From Octopus sinensis (taxonomy: Eukaryota): 5,148 nt of DNA. The stretch spans positions 1 through 5,148 of the forward strand of contig NW_021830127.1 of the NCBI RefSeq assembly GCF_006345805.1, written 5' to 3'. Of the stretch, positions 1 through 5,148 are shown piece by piece; position 1 is the stretch's first letter; each line of letters opens with the position of its first letter. A model generated the notes under the pieces. That model was not told the origin of the DNA and did not search any database. It worked only from the letters and a program-made list of their open reading frames with translations. A program made the translations under genes and the position numbers.

Positions 1-118
1 GAACATTTAATCATCGAATATACATGTATTTTTCTCGCATTTTCTTATATGCTTGTACTGATGAGTTATGTTTCATCTTCCGTAATGTTATACATGTATA
101 TTCTATGATTAAATGTTC
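1..118. repeat. 29-bp inverted repeat (hairpin) with 60-nt spacer; may extend left of the window
   Basis: 1-29 GAACATTTAATCATCGAATATACATGTAT versus reverse complement of 90-118 GAACATTTAATCATAGAATATACATGTAT: 28/29 identical. Confidence 0.85.
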
Positions 119-192
119 GAGATATGAAATGTTACGTGGGTGACCTTGTATTTGTTTGTTCTGCAACCATAGTTTTATATATATATTATATG

Positions 193-223
<31 letters not shown>

Positions 224-226
224 TGT

Positions 227-267
<41 letters not shown>
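193..267. repeat. (GT)n microsatellite, slightly interrupted
   Basis: Direct reading; it produces the VC-repeat ORFs 124..435 and 156..548. Confidence 0.98.
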
Positions 268-269
<2 letters not shown>

Positions 270-924
270 ACACTTTTATCGCCATCAAAGTATTCTCCAT
301 TTGAAGCAATGCATCGGTCCAGGCGCGTTTTCCACTATTCGAAGCAGAGCAGTGCTGGAACTCTTGCGAAGAGCTGCCTTTCAACGCCTCCGTCGCTCTT
401 TTTCTTTACCTCTTCCACATCTACAGATTCTGTAGCACCATCTTTCATCACCAGTAACAACCTTCAAAAAAACGTCCGGATCAACTTCCAACTATTCTTT
501 CAGTTCACGACACGCAATTCAGCTGTGACTGCTTTTGACCTTTCGTGAGCAAGCGAGGCACACATTTTGCTGCAGCTCTTTTTCTTTTCGCAATTCCGCA
601 CTCAAAATTCGTTTGCAGGGGCTCCAGGATACAACCGCCATATCAACAAGTTCGCCAATTGTTCGGTGACGGTCCTCCAAGATCAGTTCACGAATTTTCA
701 TAATGTTTTCATTCGTTCGGGAGGTCGACGGCCGTCTTGAACGAGACTGGTCTTTAAGCGATAACTGACCATTCCTAAAGCGTGGAAACCACTTGTAACC
801 TTGTGTTCTGCTGATGGTAGTGTCCTTGTAAGTTGTCTGAAGCATGATAAGTGTTTCGGTCGCCGTTTTCCCCCAGTAGAGAACAGAATTTCACGGAAGC
901 ATACGGTTCCTTCGTTTCAGCCAT
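270..924 (-). pseudogene. Mariner (DD34D-type) transposase pseudogene with a large internal deletion
   Basis: Joining frames by hand gives MAETKEPYASVKFCSLLG/KTATETLIMLQTTYKDTTISRTQGYKWFPRFRNGQLSLKDQSRSRRPSTSRTNENIMKIRELILEDRHRTIGELVDMAVVSWSPCKRILSAEL/KRAAAKCVPRLLTKGQKQ../CRELKE*LEVDPDVFLKVVTGDERWCY, then a jump near 428 to the C-terminus VDVEEVKKK/TEALKG..QEFQHC/FE*WKTRLDRCIASNGEYFDGD. These match mariner hallmarks (bipartite HTH, WVPxxL-like CVPRLL, TGDExW, terminal RCIxxxGEYFEG). The second and third catalytic Asp regions are missing. Confidence 0.92.
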
Positions 925-1076
925 CGCAAAAATTGTCGAACAGGGGAAAAGCAGTTGCAAAACAGAGACGGAGGGCAGTACGACACTAGCCGATCGGCAG
1001 ACTGATACCTGAGGTTAGCATCAAGTAACTTCTAGCAGCAAAAAACCTGAACTACAACGGGATTGTCCCGCAAAGA

Positions 1077-1106
1077 ATTTCCGGTTACTTTTGGGTATCC
1101 CTCTCG
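1077..1106 (-). repeat. Mariner 5' terminal inverted repeat (partner not seen)
   Basis: ~30 bp CGAGAGGGATACCCAAAAGTAACCGGAAAT abuts TA at the start of the (AT)n array, 182 bp upstream of the transposase ATG at 924. The inner boundary is approximate. Confidence 0.65.
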
Positions 1107-1129
1107 TATATATATATATATAATTATAA

Positions 1130-1192
<63 letters not shown>

Positions 1193-1225
1193 ACACATAC
1201 ATATTGTGTGTTGTATTATATATAT

Positions 1226-1269
<44 letters not shown>

Positions 1270-1289
1270 ATATAATATTATATATATAT
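1107..1289. repeat. Imperfect (AT)n microsatellite
   Basis: Direct reading; it produces the YI-repeat ORF 1063..1275. Confidence 0.97.
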
Positions 1290-1385
1290 TGTCAATAATA
1301 AAAGGGTAAAACTAATTAATTATTAATTAATTTTTACCATGTAGTTTTCAGTATGTAAAAAGACCATTTACGGTATATTTGAAAC

Positions 1386-1862
1386 ATTACGTTATAAAAA
1401 TAGGGTTAAGTAACATAATTTACTTTACCACACACCGAACTTTTTAGAAATAGCAGCCAAAAATCTTAGCTATTTCTGATACTGTAAGAAAAATCTCCCA
1501 GACAATGCATACTCAAAAATAACTCACACAGGTATAGAGAGAAAAATAACGAAAGATCACACGTATATAAGATTACCTGAAATCCAAATCCAAATCCAAA
1601 TGAAATCTTTGAGCTGACGAAGGAAATGTTGATCTTTATATTCAACTAATCCAGAAACGGGCCGTTCTCATGTAATCTTATATACGTGTGATCTTTCGTT
1701 ATTTTTACCTCTATACCTGTGTGAGTTATTTTTGAGTATGCATTGTCTAGGAGATTTTTCTTACAGTAGAAGAAATAGCTAAGATTTTTGGTTGCTATTT
1801 CTAAAAAGTTCGGTGTGTGGTAAAGTAAATTATTTTAGTGAACCCTATTTTTATAACGTAAT
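1386..1862. repeat. Foldback structure: 191-bp inverted arms (1386-1576 and 1672-1862) around a 95-bp spacer
   Basis: Manual ungapped alignment of the left arm to the reverse complement of the right arm: 9 mismatches in 191 nt (~95%). The spacer holds (AAATCC)3 and a hammerhead core. It could be an inverted pseudo-LTR of a Penelope-like element or a MITE (possible TA duplication at 1388-1389 / 1859-1860). Confidence 0.95.
1610..1670 (+). ncRNA. Type I hammerhead ribozyme motif, minimal type with near-palindromic helix III
   Basis: Helix I TGAG (1610-13) / CTCA (1667-70). Core CTGACGA (1614-20). Helix II A.A, GGA/TCC, 3x3 internal loop, GTTGA/TCAAC. GAAA at 1654-57. Helix III ACG-GGC-CGT (ACGG-G-CCGT). 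GUU triplet, predicted cut after T1666. Confidence 0.7.
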
Positions 1863-1942
1863 ATAATATATAATATATATATATATATATATATTATATA
1901 TAATATATATATATATATATATAATATATATATATAATATAT
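1859..1942. repeat. Imperfect (AT)n microsatellite
   Basis: Direct reading. Confidence 0.97.
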
Positions 1943-2100
1943 GTAGGTCCCGGGTTTTGAGTCGGCGTTAACCACAGTAAATAAGGTACTCACAATACAT
2001 AGCAGAGTAAATTAATTCATTTTATAGAAGGAGCTTCCTGATGATTTCATTTGAATGAAACAGTTCTAGTCCTGTAGAAGCTCCTTCTATAAAATAAATA
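1943..2100 (+). mobile_element. Short (~155 bp) hammerhead-bearing module between two (AT)n arrays; candidate Penelope-like pLTR remnant or retrozyme-like element
   Basis: Complex sequence bounded on both sides by AT arrays, ending ~24 nt after the hammerhead cleavage site. The family assignment is inference; no coding remnant is present. Confidence 0.4.
2019..2095 (+). ncRNA. Type I hammerhead ribozyme motif with a 19-bp perfect helix I
   Basis: Helix I ATTTTATAGAAGGAGCTTC (2019-37) / GAAGCTCCTTCTATAAAAT (2077-95). Core CTGATGA (2038-44). Helix II T.T, TTC/GAA, loop ATTT. GAAA at 2057-60. Helix III ACAG (2060-63) / CTGT (2072-75), loop TTCTAGTC. GUA triplet, predicted cut after A2076. All invariant core nucleotides are present in the correct order. 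Confidence 0.85.
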
Positions 2101-2152
2101 CATATATATATATAAATATATATATATACACACATATGTATATGTATATATA
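2101..2152. repeat. Mixed (AT)n/(AC)/(ATGT) microsatellite
   Basis: Direct reading. Confidence 0.9.
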
Positions 2153-2571
2153 ACTGAAAATGCATTAAATACCACAAAAGGTGGACGTAGGACAGACACA
2201 AGGACCCTAATGCTTCATCAGTTATCGACCAAAAGTACTAATACCCAGTTTCGTGCGTTTAACAATAAGACTGGGAACTTCATACATCGGCGGCACGCGC
2301 AAGCTTTGCTTAGAATTAGGGCTCGGGAAAACAAAACAATGCAAGGTGGACGTACGAATGTAAAGAAATGTAATTTGAAAAGCTAGATGAAGACAATAAA
2401 TAAATCCCTTCGGCCAATAATGGATTAACGTCTGGAAGAAATCCTCAGATGGATATAAAAACGGAATTAGTAAGAGAGGAGAAAAAGTTGACCAGCATAC
2501 TAGGTTTCCGGTGGAGGGAGAAAAAGCAGAAAATAGAAAATCAGTCAAGGGTCACGTGTGGGCAGCAGATA

Positions 2572-2640
2572 GAAGGGAAGGAGGACGAGAGAGAGAGAGA
2601 GAACGGCAGAGAGAGAGAGAACAGGGGAAGAAAGGGAGAA
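2572..2640. repeat. Purine-rich tract with (GA)n runs at 2587-2602 and 2608-2620
   Basis: Direct reading; it produces the RE/ER-repeat ORFs. Confidence 0.9.
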
Positions 2641-2663
2641 AGCTTCGTGCTGCACGAAGCTTT
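2639..2663. repeat. Perfect 25-bp palindrome (12-bp arms, 1-nt centre)
   Basis: AAAGCTTCGTGC-T-GCACGAAGCTTT. Confidence 0.95.
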
Positions 2664-2711
2664 GTCAGTGAAAAGGTTGCGGTCTCAAAGCGACGAAAAT
2701 ATTTTGACAAA
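2661..2711 (+). ncRNA. Variant or degenerate minimal type I hammerhead-like fold with non-canonical positions 3 and 8
   Basis: Helix I TTTGTCA (2661-67) / TGACAAA (2705-11). Core GTGAAAA (2668-74) instead of CTGANGA, then an extra G. Helix II GTTGC/GCGAC. GAAA at 2695-98. Palindromic helix III AATATT (2698-2703). H17 is T2704. Confidence 0.4.
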
Positions 2712-2850
2712 TTAAATTTAAATGTTGAAGTGAATCGAACGGTTTTTGTGTGTTTCTTAAATGGCTTATAAACACCTTCCACGCTGCAATTGTTTTCGAT
2801 TCAGCACACGATCTCAGATCAAATTACTTGCTATGCGAGTACATCTCCGT

Positions 2851-2853
<3 letters not shown>

Positions 2854-2931
<78 letters not shown>

Positions 2932-2957
2932 CTCTTTTACTCTTATATATATATATA
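2854..2957. repeat. (AT)n microsatellite, main run 2854-2931 plus a short run 2945-2957
   Basis: Direct reading. Confidence 0.97.
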
Positions 2958-3140
2958 AAGAGAATTTGTGGGAAAACAGTGGTTTTGTAGAAAATTGCTT
3001 TTCTGGAAAAGTTTTCTTTGTTTTTAGGTTTTTTGTTTTGGTTTTCTTTTTGTCGGTTGCGTTTTCGGAAAACAGTGATTTTGAGCAAGGAAGGGTGATG
3101 CTTCACTGTTCGCTACAGTCACCGACAATTTTGTGGCGAC

Positions 3141-3161
3141 TTTTTTTTTTTTTTTTCTTTT
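3141..3161. repeat. Poly(T) tract (T16 plus CTTTT)
   Basis: Direct reading. Confidence 0.9.
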
Positions 3162-3556
3162 CATCAAGTGTTACAATTTTAATTACGATGCAGACAAGTA
3201 ATTTATTCTAAAGTCTTTAAAGCCACCAAAAATCTTTATTTTCTAAAGTCTTTTGATTTTCCGTTGTGTAATTTCTTCTTTAATTTTATTTGCTACTTAA
3301 ATTAATCTCAACATTCTTTCAAACCTTACAATACACCATACGCGTTTGGCAAAATTAAATTGAATGAGCTTTCTTTATTATATTAGCTTGAAAGAAAATA
3401 CAGGCATTCCACGTGTTACGGAAACCATGGTTACGAGATTTTGCATTTACAGAAATTGCAAAGCATAAAGTCTTATTTCGGAATACAGCCCATAATTCCA
3501 TCCTTACGGAAATTCGTTTGACTTTTAACAATTCTAAAACTTGATATTCTGTTACG

Positions 3557-3662
3557 TATACATACATACATACATACATACATACATACATACAACATAC
3601 ATACATAATACATACATACATACATACATATACGCATACATACATACATAAATATATATATA
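3557..3662. repeat. (TACA)n tetranucleotide microsatellite grading into (TA)n
   Basis: Direct reading; it produces the CMYV repeats in ORF 3355..3771. Confidence 0.97.
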
Positions 3663-3886
3663 CAGTTGCGGCCAAAATGTTCAGAACGGCATTGTTTTTG
3701 TCAGAAAAACAGGTATAAGTTTTTATTAAAGTTGTTTTATATTCTATAATTTTCACAGAAAATAAATACAATATTAATTGGTATTGTCTGAGATTTTAGT
3801 GTAATTCGAGTGGATAATACAAAAGTTATGGATGATATAGTGATTTACTGCAAAGCCTATGGCGGCCAAAATGATCAGAACGGTTG
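3663..3886. repeat. Left ~224-bp TIR with outer and inner 22-bp direct repeats (putative transposase-binding sites)
   Basis: Outer GCGGCCAAAATGTTCAGAACGG (3668-3689) and inner GCGGCCAAAATGATCAGAACGG (3862-3883) are 21/22 identical. Confidence 0.92.
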
Positions 3887-3933
3887 AAAAAATAACAAAA
3901 TAATCAAAAAGTGACAGTGAATGCTGGAATTAT

Positions 3934-4884
3934 TTCATATTTAGTGTGAAGCCCTTTAGCTTCAATCAAAGTTTGACATTTTCGACTGAATGGGGAAATT
4001 AAATTTTCAATTTCTTACTGGGTGATCTTATTCCATTCTTCCTGAAGGGCATTCTTTAATTGCTCAGTTGTTTTAGAATTTCTGGCTTTGAGCAGGCCAA
4101 TCCATAATAATAACCTTTTCAGCCTTCAGGAAGTTCATGACCACCTTAGCCTTGTGACATGGGGCATTATCCTGCATGAATATGGGTGGTCGCTTAGTTG
4201 AATTTCTCAGCACAGGCAAGACATGATCTCTTACAAGTTGTTTATAAACTCCTGCATTTACCTTTCCATGTAATCGCAGCAAAGGACCCACAACATCTCC
4301 AGATATCATCCCCCAAACCATGACACTTCCTCCACCGAATTTAACACTAGTCTTAAGGCATTTAGGTGACAATTTTTCACCGCTTTTCGACGAACGTACT
4401 TTTCCCATCTGAGCCAAATAACATAGACTTAGATTCATCACTGAAATGCACCGTTTGCCATTTTTCTTGAGACCAACACATGTTCGGTTGCAAAGGTAAG
4501 ACGACACTTTTTATTCTTGGAGATGATCAGTGGCTTCACTGCAGGTGCTCTTGCTTGTAGGTCATGTTAACTAAACGACGAAACACAGTTTTTCGAGATA
4601 AAGTTTCTTCAGTACAATACTCATTTCCCGAAAAACAGCAGCAGCAGTTTTAAATCTGTCCTTTTTAACCAACTTTACCATAGCACGATCTTCTCTCTGG
4701 TCGTTTTTCTTGGCCTACCTGTAGACTTTTGCTTCACACGAACCACAATCATCGTAGACCCTAAGAATACCGTGAACAACACTTTTTGACTTGTTAACAA
4801 TCTTTGCAATAGACCTAATACTCAATTATCCTTCTTTCGAAGCTTAATAATCTGCTGACGAATTGGTAACGGAGTAAGTGGCAT
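3934..4884 (-). pseudogene. Tc1 (DD34E-type) transposase pseudogene
   Basis: Joining frames gives MPLTPLPIRQQIIKLRKK/LSIRSIAKIVNKSKSVVHGILRVYDDCGSCEAK/STGRPRKTT/REDRAMVKLVKKDRFKTAAAVFREMSIVLKK/LSRKTVFRRLV/HDLQARAPAVKPLISKNKKCRL-like/WSQEKWQTVHFSDESKSMLFGSDGK/YVRR/GEKLSPKCLKTSVKFGGGSVMVWGMISG..IFMQDNAPCHKAKVVMNFLKAEKVIIMDWPAQS, then a deletion to RNSKTTEQLKNALQEEWNKITQ*EIENLISPFSRKCQTLIEAKGLHTKY. GRPR, FSDES, GGGSVMVWG, QDNAPCH, WPAQS and KG..TKY are Tc1 hallmarks. Confidence 0.95.
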
Positions 4885-5001
4885 TATATTAACAAAGTAC
4901 ACTGCAAATATCTTACTAATGTTTAGTAAACGAACTGTCACATAAACAAATCCAAAACATTAGAGTTCGCCGGTTAAATATACTAAAACACGGAGTAAAA
5001 G

Positions 5002-5148
5002 CAACCGTTCTGATTAATTTTGGCCGCCATGGGTTTTGCAGTAAATCACTAAATCATCCATAACTTTTGTATTTCCTCTCAAATTACACCAAATCTCAGA
5101 CAATAACAAATAGTATTGTATTTATTGTCTGTGAAAATTATAGAATAT
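5002..5148. repeat. Right TIR (partial) with inner direct repeat
   Basis: 5005-5027 reverse complement GCGGCCAAAATTAATCAGAACGG. About 14 differences over ~149 aligned columns against 3739-3886 (manual count). Confidence 0.92.

Larger units (their letters stand above)
267..1106 (-). mobile_element. Degenerate, internally deleted mariner-family DNA transposon; 5' TIR present, 3' TIR not found
   Basis: Minus strand starts TA|CGAGAGGGATACCCAAAAGTAACCGGAAAT (TA at 1107-1108), a mariner-like terminus. A ~180-bp leader and a transposase pseudogene follow; the 3' end runs into the (GT)n array. Confidence 0.88.
3663..5148 (-). mobile_element. Tc1-family DNA transposon with long IR/DR-type terminal inverted repeats; right end beyond the window
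   Basis: TA (3661-62) followed by a CAGTTGCGGCCAAAA terminus. 3739-3886 matches the reverse complement of 5002-5148 at ~90%. A Tc1 transposase pseudogene lies between them. The predicted right end is ~76 bp past the window, for a total of ~1.56 kb. Confidence 0.95.

Noticed and set aside
124-548. ORFs 124..435 and 156..548
   Set aside because: VC repeats from (GT)n plus antisense reading of the mariner; not genes.
1023-1090. Stems AAGTAAC/GTTACTT and CGGGA/TCCCG
   Set aside because: Lie within the mariner leader and TIR; no ribozyme core or tRNA fold.
1063-1275. YI-repeat ORF, and likewise 2750..3211, 2761..2958 and 2903..3106
   Set aside because: Stop-free translations of (AT)n arrays and T-rich low-complexity DNA.
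1305-1338. AT-rich imperfect palindrome GGTAAAA...TTTTACC
   Set aside because: Low complexity makes chance self-complementarity likely.
2178-2354. 12-mer AAGGTGGACGTA repeated at 2178 and 2343
   Set aside because: Does not extend; one 12-mer match is roughly expected by chance in 5 kb. Not CRISPR-like.
2428-2472. CTGGAAGA-A-ATCC...GGAT-ATAAAAAC resembling a decayed hammerhead
   Set aside because: Both core segments are broken and there is no helix I.
2222-2548. 108-aa minus-strand ORF ending LRVPPMYEVPSLIVKRTKLGISTFGR
   Set aside because: Faint resemblance to LINE ORF2 C-termini, but no RT or endonuclease motif; unsupported without a profile search.
2449-2782. ORFs 2449..2715, 2511..2771 and 2552..2782
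   Set aside because: Driven by the GA-rich tract; no recognisable domain.
3141-3168. Poly(T) followed by AG as a splice acceptor, or a retroposon poly(A) tail on the minus strand
   Set aside because: No credible exon downstream, and no element body or target duplication identified.
2971-3253. Short direct repeats GGAAAACAGTGRTTTTG (2971, 3067) and TTCTAAAGTCTTT (~3206, ~3241)
   Set aside because: Two copies each with unrelated spacing; ordinary local duplications.
3355-3771. 138-aa minus-strand ORF
   Set aside because: Starts inside the Tc1 TIR and crosses the (TACA)n array (CMYV repeats); chimeric and spurious.
4855-4861. CTGACGA inside the Tc1
   Set aside because: Antisense to transposase codons, with no helices or GAAA downstream; chance match.

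Overview
AT-rich, microsatellite-dense eukaryotic (probably invertebrate) non-genic DNA, built almost entirely of repeat-derived modules separated by (GT)n, (AT)n and (TACA)n arrays. No intact host gene, rRNA or tRNA is visible. The window holds two dead DNA transposons on the minus strand: an internally deleted mariner (~267-1106) and an IR/DR-type Tc1 element (3663 to beyond 5148) whose transposase is frameshifted and lacks the catalytic Glu. The ORF track does not show the most interesting signal: two complete type I hammerhead ribozyme cores (1610-1670, 2019-2095) and a third variant hammerhead-like fold (2661-2711). All three are on the + strand, have unrelated flanks and lie in different modules between (AT)n arrays. 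The first sits in the loop of a 191-bp, ~95% identical inverted repeat. This pattern fits pseudo-LTR remnants of Penelope-like retroelements or retrozyme-like elements, but that is inference: no RT or GIY-YIG sequence is visible. All alignments and folds were done by eye and need computational confirmation.
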